NCBI GenBank assembly: GCA_050258455.1
Contig: JBLMYT010000093.1
Location: 42,633-106,632 of the forward strand
Reading direction: 5' to 3'
Length of the DNA: 64,000 nt
Origin: Candidatus Omnitrophota bacterium
GTDB taxonomy: Bacteria; Acidobacteriota; Aminicenantia; UBA2199
The notes under the pieces: model-generated
The model's database searches: none
Told to the model about the DNA's origin: nothing
What the model saw: the letters and a program-made list of their open reading frames with translations, nothing else
In this document: piece by piece, positions 36,971 through 47,452 of the stretch
Layout of the letters: each line of letters begins with the position of its first letter
Numbering within the stretch: position 1 is the stretch's first letter
Position numbers and translations under genes: made by a program

Positions 36971-39307
36971 ATGAAACGTCTCCTGCTTATCCTGCTCGTG
37001 GGTATGTTTTTAATGACCACGAATGTGTTCACCATAAGCACCGCAAAAGATTATACCAATTTTTATAAAGGCATCACCTATATCATCCTCGACGATAAAC
37101 CAAATGCGGAAAAATACCTTGACCAATTCTTCAAGGATTTTCCCGATCCGCAACTGAGCGGCGCTTTCTCAAACCTGATCAACACCAACAGCTTCGAGGT
37201 CACCAAAGAATTTAACCGTTACCTGGATATGAATCACCGATCCCCACTCGCCCTGATGGGCATCGCTCTGTCCGCTTCAAAATTGGAATCCCCGGGCGCA
37301 ATCGAAAACCTGGAACGCGCCCAACGCCTGGACGAATCCTTCTCCATCCTGTACATCGGCCTGGGCATGGAATACGTGAAACAAAAAGATTACCCCAAAG
37401 CCGAATCCTACTTCACCCGCGCCATGCGCTATTCCAAAATTCCGGAATATAAACTCTTTTACGCCAAACTCTTCCTTCGAAAAAATGAACCGGCCAAAGC
37501 CCTTGACCTTCTCAAACCCGAAGCCGAAAAACAACCCTACCATTTTTATTTTAATTTCTACACTGCCAAAGCCCTTTACCGACTCCATCAACTGGACCCC
37601 ATGGGCAAATTTATCACGGCCGCGGTCAAGGCATGGCCAACTAACCCCGACGCCCAACTCCTGATGGCCAAATACCTGACCGGTAAAGGCCAATTTCGCC
37701 CCGCCCGAGATATCCTGAAAAAACTCCAATTCAAAGATTATAACGACGATTATTACCGCATCTATGCCCGGGTCTTATTCGAACTCAAAGACCCCAATGC
37801 CAAACGCTACATGGATAAAGTTTACTCGTATAACCCATGGGATGGCGTAATTAACCGCTTATTGGGACTGGTCGAGGAAGGAAAACCAACCGAAAAAGGA
37901 AACGTCCAGAACCGAATCACCCGCGCCTCAATCTGCGGCACCCCCATCGCTCAACTGCAACGCTTGTTCCCCTCCACCTACCGATTTCCCGTATACCCAT
38001 CCTTACCCTTTTTTGAAATGAACGCCATCAAATGGTTAACCCCCCATCTCCTGGCGGTCGGGGGAATCCGAACCAGCGGAGACACCGGAAAACTCGTTGT
38101 GATCAATGCCGATAATTTAAATATCATCCATTCCATGGATTACAAAGGAAAACTAAAAGACATCTTTCCCTCTCCGGATGGGAGCAAACTTATTTTTTAT
38201 ACGCATTTTGATAAAGACGATAAATTTTATATTTATTCGATCGAAATGTCGGGAAAAAACGTCCGGTCCAACCTCCTTACCCCCAATGGCCAATCCATGC
38301 CGGCCCTCTCGGTCGGATTTGACGGAACGGGCAATCTGGCCTATATCACGGATGACCGGTTAACCAAATTAACCAGCGAATCCCCGTTTTCATTGGTATC
38401 CGAAGGAGTGAGAAAACGGGTATATGCGCCGTCGTTTCCTTTTAATCTCTACATGTACAATTTCAAAACGCAATTTACCAGTTTTGTCAGAGATACCGGA
38501 AACTTCCCCAATATTCCCATCGATTGCATCAAAAAATATTATTGGGTATCCCGGGCCGCCCGCAGCCAAACCGATATTCAAAACCTGATTAAAAAGGGGG
38601 AAAACCTGGATATCACGGCTTCGGAAATGGTCCGGATATTTTTCTCCAATGACCGGCACTCATTTATTATCTATCTGTCGGACCTCAAAAACGCATTCCA
38701 GGGAATCGTCTACGATCATCATGCCAACCGAACATTTAAAGTCAATCAAAATATGTTTCTCTCGCAATTCGCGGAACTCCACCTGCTGGATTTTGATCCG
38801 GAACGACACGAACTCCTGGTGCTGACCAAAGATGCATCCCGCCAGTTGATTCGATACAATTATAAAAATTATTCCTTTACCCCGATCGCCGACAAGGTCC
38901 GTCAATGCGTGATCGATCGAACCGAAAACCGCCTCCTGATTCTTCGGGAACGGCGCCGGATGCAGGAGGGGATGGAAACCACGCTGTTAACGGTGTCGCT
39001 TTCCCCCTATATCCGAAAGACGATCGAGGCGCGGCGCGATTTGAAACAAATTCTTTTTGTCAACGAACAGGGCGAGGTTTACTTTTCCACGTTTCGCGGC
39101 GAAACCGTTAAAATGGATGAACAGGGAACCTTCGTTTCTTGCGGACCGTCGTTTGACGGTTGTCGGCATGCGGTATCACCCTCCAAAACCAAAACCGCTG
39201 CTTTTATCAACGGGCGTCTGGTCATCGTGGATGGACCGGTCATGATCCCGGCAAAGGAACTACCCAAAACCAACTCTCGCAATCGGAAAGGATCTCATGG
39301 GCATTGA
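36971..39307 (+). CDS. Secreted TPR-repeat protein with a C-terminal beta-propeller-like region
   Basis: Signal peptide, helical TPR patterns, SPDGSKL (PD40-like). Confidence 0.7.
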   Translation: MKRLLLILLVGMFLMTTNVFTISTAKDYTNFYKGITYIILDDKPNAEKYLDQFFKDFPDPQLSGAFSNLINTNSFEVTKEFNRYLDMNHRSPLALMGIALSASKLESPGAIENLERAQRLDESFSILYIGLGMEYVKQKDYPKAESYFTRAMRYSKIPEYKLFYAKLFLRKNEPAKALDLLKPEAEKQPYHFYFNFYTAKALYRLHQLDPMGKFITAAVKAWPTNPDAQLLMAKYLTGKGQFRPARDILKKLQFKDYNDDYYRIYARVLFELKDPNAKRYMDKVYSYNPWDGVINRLLGLVEEGKPTEKGNVQNRITRASICGTPIAQLQRLFPSTYRFPVYPSLPFFEMNAIKWLTPHLLAVGGIRTSGDTGKLVVINADNLNIIHSMDYKGKLKDIFPSPDGSKLIFYTHFDKDDKFYIYSIEMSGKNVRSNLLTPNGQSMPALSVGFDGTGNLAYITDDRLTKLTSESPFSLVSEGVRKRVYAPSFPFNLYMYNFKTQFTSFVRDTGNFPNIPIDCIKKYYWVSRAARSQTDIQNLIKKGENLDITASEMVRIFFSNDRHSFIIYLSDLKNAFQGIVYDHHANRTFKVNQNMFLSQFAELHLLDFDPERHELLVLTKDASRQLIRYNYKNYSFTPIADKVRQCVIDRTENRLLILRERRRMQEGMETTLLTVSLSPYIRKTIEARRDLKQILFVNEQGEVYFSTFRGETVKMDEQGTFVSCGPSFDGCRHAVSPSKTKTAAFINGRLVIVDGPVMIPAKELPKTNSRNRKGSHGH

Positions 39308-39860
39308 AAAACCGTTTCAAAAAGTCAAATTATTCTCAGGTTTTATTTATCGGGATGAACCCGTATATCATCATATCAAAACCAAACTGGAATCGATTTA
39401 CTCGATTGCCGAACTGGAATCGGAACCCTTTCATTTCGAGTTTACCGATTACTACCACCAGGAAATGGGCGCCCCGCTCTATCGTCGGTTTGTGGCGTTT
39501 CAATCGCTGATCGATCCGGAAGAACTGCCGGATATCAAATTGTTAACCAATGAAATCGAACGCGAAACCGCTCAGAACGGGAAACGAACCATTAACCTGG
39601 ACCCGGGGTTTTTATCCGAAGCCAACGTCATTATTGCCACGACCAAGAACTACTATCACCGGGTGCCGCTCACCCGGGGCATCTATGCGCACATGGAATA
39701 CGTGATTATCGGTAAATCCCTCAAAACGCTGGATTGGACTTACCCCGATTTTAAATCCCCGGGGTACATGGACTTTTTTTACCGGCTCAATACCGTATAT
39801 AAAAAAAATTTGAAAGAAATGAGACAACATGCTGATGAAATTAGAACGCCAGGAGCGTAA
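39297..39860 (+). CDS. DUF4416 family protein
   Basis: FTDYY..EMG, IKLLTNEIE, RTINLDPG, ATTKNYYHR, WTYPD. Confidence 0.85.
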   Translation: MGIEKPFQKVKLFSGFIYRDEPVYHHIKTKLESIYSIAELESEPFHFEFTDYYHQEMGAPLYRRFVAFQSLIDPEELPDIKLLTNEIERETAQNGKRTINLDPGFLSEANVIIATTKNYYHRVPLTRGIYAHMEYVIIGKSLKTLDWTYPDFKSPGYMDFFYRLNTVYKKNLKEMRQHADEIRTPGA

Positions 39861-41376
39861 AAAAGCCGGCCTGAAACAAAAATTAAACAGCAATTACATC
39901 TGGACCTTCACCACTTACTTTACCGAAGGGTTTCCCTATGCCATGATCCGGTCGGTTTCCGCCGTTTTTTTCCGGGACATGAAAGCGCCGCTCTCATTTG
40001 TCGGATTGACGTCCTTATTCGGCATTCCCTGGATATTGAAATTTCTCTGGGGACCCTGGGTCGATGAGTTTGGCACCAAGCGTCGGTGGCTGGTGGGCAT
40101 GCAGGCGCCGCTCCTCGTGGTCTTTCTGGCCGCCGCTGTATTTGCCCCGTTTGGGAATAATGTTTATCTGATTTACGGGCTCTTTTTTATCGGGTCTTTT
40201 ATTGCAGCCTCCAATGACACGGCCATCGATGGCTATTACCTGGAAGCGTTAAGCAAAGAGGATCAATCGAAATTTGTCGGGTACCGGAACATGGCGTACC
40301 GGTTATCCTGGATGTGCGGAACCGGGGTCATTGTCACCCTGGGCGCCACGGCCGGATGGCCCCTGGCGTTTCTAATCGCAGCCGTGATCTTTGGTCTTTT
40401 CGTCCTGTACCATTTGTTCTTTTTGCCGGAGATCCAGGTTCCCGAAAAAAGGATCGGCATCCTGTTGGCCCGGGTATTTCGATTCAAGGTTCTGGCCATA
40501 ATTCTCGCGATCCTGGCTGCGGCAATCGGGATTCAATACTATTTTCAATCGCCCGGTTATGCCCGGTTAACCGAACGGATTTCCTTTTTAAAGAAGATGG
40601 AACTGGCCCATTGGGCCGCGCTTCTTTTACTCCTGGCACTGATTCTGGTGGGAATCTTTATCAAACGGTTCAAGCAACTGCTGGTCAAAAACCCGGATTC
40701 CAACTATGGAAAAGCCTTCATCACCTTCATGGATAAGGAGAAAATCGGGGTCATTCTCTCATTTATCATCTTGCTTCGGCTCGGCGAATGGGTGCTGTCA
40801 AACATGGTGTCCCCGTTTATCGTGGATCTGGGGATCAAAGTCCATTACGGATGGATCAGTGCGGGCGTCGGACTTCCCTTATCGATCACCGGAACCATGG
40901 TCGGAGGATGGATGATTGCCCGTTACTCCTTAAAACGCATGATCTGGCCGTTTATCCTCATTCAAAATTTCATCCATGTTTTTTATACCTTGTTGGCCGT
41001 GCACCTTCAGCCGTTTGTCGCGCTTAATACCGGCGCGGCCCATCCGGTTCCGATCGGCTTCGCCAATTTGATATGGGTTGCCGGCGTTAATGGGTTTGAC
41101 CAGTTTGCCGGCGGGTTGGGAAGTTCGGTATTGATCACCTACCTCATGCGCATTTGTCACAAAGACCATAAAGCCAGCCATTACGCGATCGGCACCGGTT
41201 TAATGGCCATACCCGCTCCGTTTGCCGGCGTGTTTAGCGGAATCATTGCCGGATGGCTGGGGTATGCCTGGTTGTTCGGGATCAGCTTTGTCCTGGCCAT
41301 TCCCGGGATGATGCTCATCCCGTTTCTGCCTTATCTTTCGGATGAGAAACTCGACATGAAAGGGAGTACAACATGA
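39829..41376 (+). CDS. AmpG-like MFS muropeptide permease
   Basis: YFTEGFPY, PWILKFLWGPWVD, ASNDTAIDGYYL, ASHYAIGTG; multiple TM helices. Confidence 0.82.
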   Translation: MLMKLERQERKKAGLKQKLNSNYIWTFTTYFTEGFPYAMIRSVSAVFFRDMKAPLSFVGLTSLFGIPWILKFLWGPWVDEFGTKRRWLVGMQAPLLVVFLAAAVFAPFGNNVYLIYGLFFIGSFIAASNDTAIDGYYLEALSKEDQSKFVGYRNMAYRLSWMCGTGVIVTLGATAGWPLAFLIAAVIFGLFVLYHLFFLPEIQVPEKRIGILLARVFRFKVLAIILAILAAAIGIQYYFQSPGYARLTERISFLKKMELAHWAALLLLLALILVGIFIKRFKQLLVKNPDSNYGKAFITFMDKEKIGVILSFIILLRLGEWVLSNMVSPFIVDLGIKVHYGWISAGVGLPLSITGTMVGGWMIARYSLKRMIWPFILIQNFIHVFYTLLAVHLQPFVALNTGAAHPVPIGFANLIWVAGVNGFDQFAGGLGSSVLITYLMRICHKDHKASHYAIGTGLMAIPAPFAGVFSGIIAGWLGYAWLFGISFVLAIPGMMLIPFLPYLSDEKLDMKGSTT

Positions 41377-42677
41377 ACTTACTGATTCGAAACGGGCGAT
41401 TGATCGATCCCGGGTCCTCCACGGACCGGGTATGCAGTATTCTAATCCAAGACGGAATCATTAAAGAAATTTCGGAATCGATTCCGGACTCTGCGGTTCC
41501 CTCGGGTTCGATTCTCGATGCCTCCGGGTGGGTGGTGGCGCCGGGTTTCATCGACTTACACGTTCATTTGCGAGAACCGGGTCAGGAGCACAAGGAAACC
41601 ATTGAGACCGGATGCAAGGCCGCTGCACGCGGCGGGTTTACCTCCATTGCCTGCATGCCCAATACCTCACCCGTGAACGATAGCATCGACGTCACGCAAA
41701 CGATCATCCGAAAAGCCAAGGAAGTCGGCCGGGTGAATGTGTTTCCCATTGCCGCCGTATCGATGAATCTGGAAAGTAATCGGCTGACCGATATGGACGC
41801 ATTGGTGAAGGCCGGCGCAGTCGGGTTTTCCGATGACGGTCGGTGTGTCATGGATGAAAGGTTATTCACTCAGGCCCTGGAACGGGCAAGGATCCTCCGC
41901 GTGCCGATCATCGAACATCCCGAAGATCACGGGATTTCCAAAGATGGCCAGGTGAACGAAGGCGCGATCTCGCAATTACTCGGATTAAATGGGATTTCAT
42001 CCGCTTCCGAAGACGTCATCATCGAACGCGATATCCGAATCCAGGAAAAAATGCAATCGTTTCTTCACCTCACGCATATCTCAACCCGAAAAGCGGTGGA
42101 CATGATCCGCGACGCCAAAAAACGACACATTGCCGTAACCGCAGACGTGACCCCCCATCACCTGCTCCTGGACGAAACGGTCCTGGATCCCCGAAATCGA
42201 ATGTCCGTTAATCCGACATTCTATAAGATGAAACCGCCCCTGCGCACGGCTCAAGATCGCCAGGCCCTCATCGACGGATTAAAAGACGGAACCATCGACT
42301 GCATTGCCACAGACCATGCCCCCCATTCCCGCGAGGAAAAAGAACAGGCATTCGAAAAAGCCCCCTTTGGCATCACCGGTCTGGAAACCGCCTTCTCACT
42401 GCTCTTCGATCGATTGGTCCGAACAAACATCATCGATTGGAACCACCTGATCCGACTCCTCTCCACCCACCCGGCACAAATTCTCCATCTCACGGATAGG
42501 GGAGGGGGCCGACCCGGCCTACCCGCGGATTTGACGATTATCGACCCGGAACACCCATTCAAAATCAACGAAGACGATTTTCAATCCAAAGCCTCCAATT
42601 CCCCATTCATCGGCTGGGAAGGAAAAGGCGTCATCGCATGTACCATCGTCAATGGGAAGATTGTTTATCAGTATTGA
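41373..42677 (+). CDS. pyrC: Dihydroorotase
   Basis: PGFIDLHVHLREPG, CMPNT, KMKPPLR, IATDHAPH, GLETA. Confidence 0.93.
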   Translation: MNLLIRNGRLIDPGSSTDRVCSILIQDGIIKEISESIPDSAVPSGSILDASGWVVAPGFIDLHVHLREPGQEHKETIETGCKAAARGGFTSIACMPNTSPVNDSIDVTQTIIRKAKEVGRVNVFPIAAVSMNLESNRLTDMDALVKAGAVGFSDDGRCVMDERLFTQALERARILRVPIIEHPEDHGISKDGQVNEGAISQLLGLNGISSASEDVIIERDIRIQEKMQSFLHLTHISTRKAVDMIRDAKKRHIAVTADVTPHHLLLDETVLDPRNRMSVNPTFYKMKPPLRTAQDRQALIDGLKDGTIDCIATDHAPHSREEKEQAFEKAPFGITGLETAFSLLFDRLVRTNIIDWNHLIRLLSTHPAQILHLTDRGGGRPGLPADLTIIDPEHPFKINEDDFQSKASNSPFIGWEGKGVIACTIVNGKIVYQY

Positions 42678-42701
42678 TAATTATGTATAATTATGTATAA
42701 T

Positions 42702-42758
42702 GCCTTCGGCGACCAGAAACCTTTTTGAAAAAAGGTTTCTGGACTTCCAAAAACTTTT
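42702..42758 (+). repeat. Palindromic intergenic repeat, possible terminator
   Basis: CCAGAAACCTTTTTGAAAAAAGGTTTCTGG hairpin followed by ACTTCCAAAAACTTTT; same family as 19768-19814. Confidence 0.65.
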
Positions 42759-42813
42759 GTTTTTCCGAAGACTTTTGTATGGTGATTTTATTTTGTGATT
42801 TTTGTTATTAGGG

Positions 42814-43551
42814 ATGAAAGAAATCATTAATGACACGTTTAAAGCCGCAGTAAACGATTACTTCTTTTTGAAGAATAAAAACTACGCCGCCCGGCCGGCA
42901 CTCAAACTCGTGGGAGACCACTACCGGCTCACCGGTCAACAACGCACCATGCTCTACCGCGGCATCACCTCCTCACAAACCGCAACCCTTCGCCAACGCA
43001 AACTCATTACAGATCCGGAGGAGCTAAAAGGAAAAACACTGTTCCTGGACGGCTGCAATATCCTGTTTACCCTGATCAATTACCTGACCGGAAAAACCAT
43101 CTTTCTGGGAAACGACGGCATACTCCGAGATACCGGCAGCGAATCCGAACCGATCGGGGAGCCCTTCATTGATAAAGCCGTTGAACGGCTGATCCGGTTT
43201 CTTGAAACCTCGGGCGGAAGTTCAGTGATTATTGTTCTTGACCGGTCACTCGTCAACGTTTCCCGCTATGAAAACGCTTTAATAAAGGAATACAACCGGT
43301 TGAAAAAAGAAAACCCCCTGGTCCTTCCCATCACCATTCAATCCGTCCCTTCCGCCGATAACCGGCTCAAACAATGCGATCAAACGGATCATGAATACAA
43401 AGACGTTAGGGTTATCGGTACTGCGGATTCGGAAATTATCGATGCGGTAGCGGGCCGAATCATCGATGCCGCCCGCTATATATTGGAAAACGAATTCAAC
43501 GTGAAAATTTCGGATCTGAAAAATTTATTGAAGGATAAAGGAGACGCTTAA
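42814..43551 (+). CDS. DUF434 domain protein (PIN-like C-terminal part)
   Basis: ALKLVGDHYRL...R..LYR, LDG.N.L.T, DG.LRD, AD, TADS.IID. Confidence 0.75.
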   Translation: MKEIINDTFKAAVNDYFFLKNKNYAARPALKLVGDHYRLTGQQRTMLYRGITSSQTATLRQRKLITDPEELKGKTLFLDGCNILFTLINYLTGKTIFLGNDGILRDTGSESEPIGEPFIDKAVERLIRFLETSGGSSVIIVLDRSLVNVSRYENALIKEYNRLKKENPLVLPITIQSVPSADNRLKQCDQTDHEYKDVRVIGTADSEIIDAVAGRIIDAARYILENEFNVKISDLKNLLKDKGDA

Positions 43552-44192
43552 TCGTCGGCCTGCGTTGCCGTCCAACTACCATTGGTTTCGGTTTCCCCGG
43601 TCCAATTTCCGCTCATCAACGATACATTTCCCGTCAATTGATAATCCTTCCAATCCGTATAAATAATCGTCAGCGTGGTGCCTCCTGTGATTTTCCATTT
43701 GCCATGGTATCCCAGACCCGGCCCCTGATCGTCGGAAAACGTGCCGGAAATAAAACTGTCACCCGCAAACGTAATGTTAAACTTGTACGTCGTACCGGTT
43801 GTCAACGAGGGCTTCATGGTCACAGCCCATTTTCCCCGAATGTCCATCAATCTGGCTTCCAGCGTCGTATCGGTATACATCACCAGGGTGCTCGTCGAGC
43901 TCCACCGACTGCCATTCACCAATACTTCGATCGCGTAATTGGTGTCTTCCGGCGCAAAATTGTAGTCAACTGCCGACAAATCTTTATAGGTGTAAGTCCC
44001 ATCGGTCGGCGTTCCCTGAACCCCACTCGCGACCTTCACGACCAACTGATAGTTGGGGGCACCGAAATCCTTGCACCCGCCAAACACCAAAACCATCAGA
44101 CCAATGGCTGCCGCAACCGCCAGGTAAACGCCACGCGCCACGTATTTATGCATTGCTGTTTGTTTCATCATTTTCGGTTTCATTGTATTCAC
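43548..44192 (-). CDS. Hypothetical lipoprotein
   Basis: Hydrophobic stretch ending FGGC (lipobox-like); beta-rich mature part. Confidence 0.65.
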   Translation of the reverse strand: MNTMKPKMMKQTAMHKYVARGVYLAVAAAIGLMVLVFGGCKDFGAPNYQLVVKVASGVQGTPTDGTYTYKDLSAVDYNFAPEDTNYAIEVLVNGSRWSSTSTLVMYTDTTLEARLMDIRGKWAVTMKPSLTTGTTYKFNITFAGDSFISGTFSDDQGPGLGYHGKWKITGGTTLTIIYTDWKDYQLTGNVSLMSGNWTGETETNGSWTATQADD

Positions 44193-44224
44193 TCCATTAA
44201 TAATACCTTAAACCAATGGATTTT

Positions 44225-45151
44225 TCAAGTTTTATTATATAAAGTTTTTCGTGAAATCTTTAATATCTCCGCAACTCTGGCTTTATTTTTATATTTACGG
44301 ATCAGGAATTCGATGTACCGCGTTTCCAGCTCCGCCAAACTCATGTCCGTGCGTTTCACGGTTTCGAAAAAATCATCGGAGTTTTTGATCAAAGCGGTCA
44401 CATCCTCGTCCGTCAGTCGGTCTTTCTCGATCGAGACCGCAACGATAAAATTCTCGATTTCGCGAATATTTCCCATCCACGGGTAATGAACCAGTAAATC
44501 CGCGGCCCTGGCACTCAGCTCCACCCGTAATGACCGCTGACGGGCGACGTATTCGACCAGAGGCAATATATCGGCCGGACGCTCCCGAAGCGGAGGAACC
44601 CGAACCTTAACCGTAGAGACCCGGTAATACAAATCGGCCCGAAATCGATTCTCCCTGACCTTGTGCTCGATGTCGTCATCGGCCGAGAACACGAACCGGG
44701 CGTCGATATCGGTTTCAACCCCCGAACCCAGCGCGTAGTATTTCTTCCGCTCAATGATCCGCAACAATTTGGATTGCACATTCAGGCTCAAAAGATCGAT
44801 CCGATTCAAAAATAAAATACCGCCTTCGGCTTTTTTCCACTTCCCCTCGTAGTCTTTCTCCGCCCCGGTAAAGGCCCCCTTGCTGTAACCGAACCACTCA
44901 CTCTCGATCAGATTCTCCGGAACATCCGCGCAGTGAAGATTGAGCAGGGTTGGACATCCGGTAATCTCCTGTAAATAGCTGATCCAAAAATCCTTTCCCA
45001 CCCCCGTTTCACCGAAGATCAACAGGTTCGAATTCAAATCCGCTGCGCGGCGAATCAACTCCTCGACCCGCAGCGATTGATCATCGCGCAGGTTCCGAAC
45101 CAGGGTAGAAATTGTACCGTTTGGCATCCATCCATAATTTTTCGATGGCAT
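44225..45151 (-). CDS. Sigma54-interacting AAA+/Fis-HTH regulator lacking a sensor domain, with degenerate Walker B
   Basis: GETGVGKD, ESEWFG...GAFTGA, LFLNRI, FRADLYYR, WMGNIRE, HTH ISRKTLY; start uncertain because it overlaps rsfS. Confidence 0.8.
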   Translation of the reverse strand: MPSKNYGWMPNGTISTLVRNLRDDQSLRVEELIRRAADLNSNLLIFGETGVGKDFWISYLQEITGCPTLLNLHCADVPENLIESEWFGYSKGAFTGAEKDYEGKWKKAEGGILFLNRIDLLSLNVQSKLLRIIERKKYYALGSGVETDIDARFVFSADDDIEHKVRENRFRADLYYRVSTVKVRVPPLRERPADILPLVEYVARQRSLRVELSARAADLLVHYPWMGNIREIENFIVAVSIEKDRLTDEDVTALIKNSDDFFETVKRTDMSLAELETRYIEFLIRKYKNKARVAEILKISRKTLYNKT

Positions 45152-45497
45152 ACTTTTTCCGGTTCTCCTCTGAAAAAATATGGATCACAAAGTCCACATA
45201 ATCCAAAAGGATCCATTCGGCATCCATCACGCCTTCCACCCCGAAAGGTTTTAACTTGAACTCTTCTCTTAGCTTGACTTGGATCTCGTCCGAGATGGCT
45301 TTGTTCTGACGGGACGAATTCCCGTGACAGACGATCATGTAATCGGTAATGTCTGTCAGGTCCTTCATCTTCAACACCACAATCCGCTCGGCTTTCTTAT
45401 CCAACATGATCGAAACGGCCCGCTTGACATCGGCGGGAATCCGCCGCCGTTTCAGGTCTGTTTCAATGAGTTTAAGTTCCTCAATTTTTAAATCCAT
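45081..45497 (-). CDS. rsfS: Ribosome silencing factor
   Basis: DKKAE.I, TDYMIVC.G.S.RQ, WILLDY.D.VIHIF, Y.IEKLW. Confidence 0.93.
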   Translation of the reverse strand: MDLKIEELKLIETDLKRRRIPADVKRAVSIMLDKKAERIVVLKMKDLTDITDYMIVCHGNSSRQNKAISDEIQVKLREEFKLKPFGVEGVMDAEWILLDYVDFVIHIFSEENRKKYAIEKLWMDAKRYNFYPGSEPAR

Positions 45498-46134
45498 AGA
45501 GATGATTTTCCTCCATTATTTTTTTGACGCCTTCATTGACCCATTGATCGATGGGTTCCGATAATTTTATTTTTTGACGTATCGCGGTCGACGAAATACC
45601 CAGTTTGTCCGACGGATACGAAAAGACATACACGCGGTTCTCCGACGATGCGAAGGAACGGGAAACCTCGACACACGGGGGAATGCCCTCGTCCTTCAGG
45701 AGCGCTTCCACCGGAGCGCAATGCGACGCATCGCGAAGAATCACAATAAACGACACCATGCGGAGCAGTGTGCGGTAATCCTTCCAGGTCCGGATCTTTA
45801 GAAAGCCTTCGCTCCCGGAGATAAAATAAAAATCGGTTTCCGGCTCCAGGTGTTTTAACTCGGCCACGGTATCGATGGTCCAGGAATAGGTATCCCGTTT
45901 CATTTCGATATCGCACGCCTGAAAGTAGGGGAAGGGGGTCAAGGCCTCCTGAAGCATGGCCCAGCGAAGCGAAACCGGGGCGGTCTCTACCATGGTTTTG
46001 TGCGGCGGCCGGGCTGCCAGAATGTAATAGATTTGATCCAGCGCAAACGCGTCCCGGATCGTCATCCCCAGATCGATATGCCCCCGGTGGATGGGATTAA
46101 ACGTTCCGCCTAACAGTCCGACCCTGGTCTTCAT
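45481..46134 (-). CDS. nadD: Nicotinate-nucleotide adenylyltransferase
   Basis: GGTFNPIHRGH, PPHK, ISSTAIR. Confidence 0.93.
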   Translation of the reverse strand: MKTRVGLLGGTFNPIHRGHIDLGMTIRDAFALDQIYYILAARPPHKTMVETAPVSLRWAMLQEALTPFPYFQACDIEMKRDTYSWTIDTVAELKHLEPETDFYFISGSEGFLKIRTWKDYRTLLRMVSFIVILRDASHCAPVEALLKDEGIPPCVEVSRSFASSENRVYVFSYPSDKLGISSTAIRQKIKLSEPIDQWVNEGVKKIMEENHLYGFKN

Positions 46135-47140
46135 GGTAAAGCTCGAATAACCTGGATTTTAATTCCTCGAGATTCGTTTCTTTGATCGCAGATATCTCCA
46201 TAACCGGCAGCTCATGCGTCAAACAATATTTTTTTAATCGTCCGATATCCCGACGCCGCTTCTTGCTCTCCTCGCTGTCATCGAGCAAGTCGATTTTATT
46301 GGCGACCACCAAACTTTTTTTTCGGGCCATATCGGATCGGTAATAGTCCAGTTCCTTTCGAAGGGTACTCAGGGTTTTTAGCGGGGTGGATTCGGCAAAC
46401 GGGGAACAATCGATTAAAAAGATCAGCACCTTGGTCCGTTCCACGTGTCGCAGAAATTGAAGCCCCATGCCTTCACCCGTGTGCGCGCCTTTGATGATCC
46501 CGGGAATGTCGGCCACCACCAAGCTGTCCGTATCCCGGTACACCACTCCCAGATTGGGCGATAACGTGGTAAACGGGTAATCGGCAATCCGGGGTTTGGC
46601 CGCACTGATTTTGGAAATCAGCGTGGATTTGCCTGCGTTCGGAAGTCCGACAATGCCGGCAAATGCAATGAGTTTTAATTCCAGAATGACCTTGATGGCT
46701 TCCCCGGGTTTTCCCGGTTTGGCGTACCGGGGCGCTTGATTGGTGGACGATTTGAACCGCGCATTACCGGCCCCGCCCTTTCCTCCTTTCACGATGGTAA
46801 AGGACATACCGGGAGCCGAAAAATCAAAGATCGGTTTTTCGTCCGGGAAGGTTTTTACAATGGTACCGGCAGGTACCTGGATGATTTCGTCTCTCCCGCT
46901 TTTCCCTGTTCGATTTGAACCCTGGCCATTGACTCCGTTTTCGGCACGGATGAACCGTTGGTTCTTAAAATCGACCAGCGAATAGATGCTGGGGGAGCTG
47001 GTCAACGTGATGCTTCCCCCATCGCCCCCATCACCGCCATCGGGTCCGCCCTTGGGAATGAATTTTTCCCTTCGAAAACTGACGCACCCGTTACCGCCTT
47101 TACCAGCGACAAACGTGAGTACAGCCGTATCTATAAACAT
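46097..47140 (-). CDS. obgE: GTPase ObgE
   Basis: MFID, GGPDGGDGG, GLPNAGKST, DYPFTT, DIPG, NKID. Confidence 0.97.
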   Translation of the reverse strand: MFIDTAVLTFVAGKGGNGCVSFRREKFIPKGGPDGGDGGDGGSITLTSSPSIYSLVDFKNQRFIRAENGVNGQGSNRTGKSGRDEIIQVPAGTIVKTFPDEKPIFDFSAPGMSFTIVKGGKGGAGNARFKSSTNQAPRYAKPGKPGEAIKVILELKLIAFAGIVGLPNAGKSTLISKISAAKPRIADYPFTTLSPNLGVVYRDTDSLVVADIPGIIKGAHTGEGMGLQFLRHVERTKVLIFLIDCSPFAESTPLKTLSTLRKELDYYRSDMARKKSLVVANKIDLLDDSEESKKRRRDIGRLKKYCLTHELPVMEISAIKETNLEELKSRLFELYHEDQGRTVRRNV

Positions 47141-47185
47141 ACTCTCCCACTACTCTCCTGCGGCCGGATGCAGGGATAAAAACGA

Positions 47186-47440
47186 CTATGAATTGGTTTC
47201 GACCTCAGCGAATTTCTTGCTGTTATGCTCGGTAAATCGAAGCGTTCCGGTAGCCAGGGCAAAAAGGGTATAATCCTTTCCGATTCCCACATTCTTACCG
47301 GGCTTAATCCGGGTTCCCCGCTGCCGAACAATAATCGAGCCCGCATTGATGTGCTGGCCGCCGAACACTTTTACGCCCAACCGTTTGGAGTTGCTGTCTC
47401 GTCCGTTCTTTCCGCTTCCGCCTGATTTCTTGTGTGCCAT
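47186..47440 (-). CDS. rpmA: 50S ribosomal protein L27
   Basis: MAHKK.GGS..NGRDS.SKRLGVK. Confidence 0.98.
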   Translation of the reverse strand: MAHKKSGGSGKNGRDSNSKRLGVKVFGGQHINAGSIIVRQRGTRIKPGKNVGIGKDYTLFALATGTLRFTEHNSKKFAEVETNS

Positions 47441-47452
47441 GACATTTTCTCC

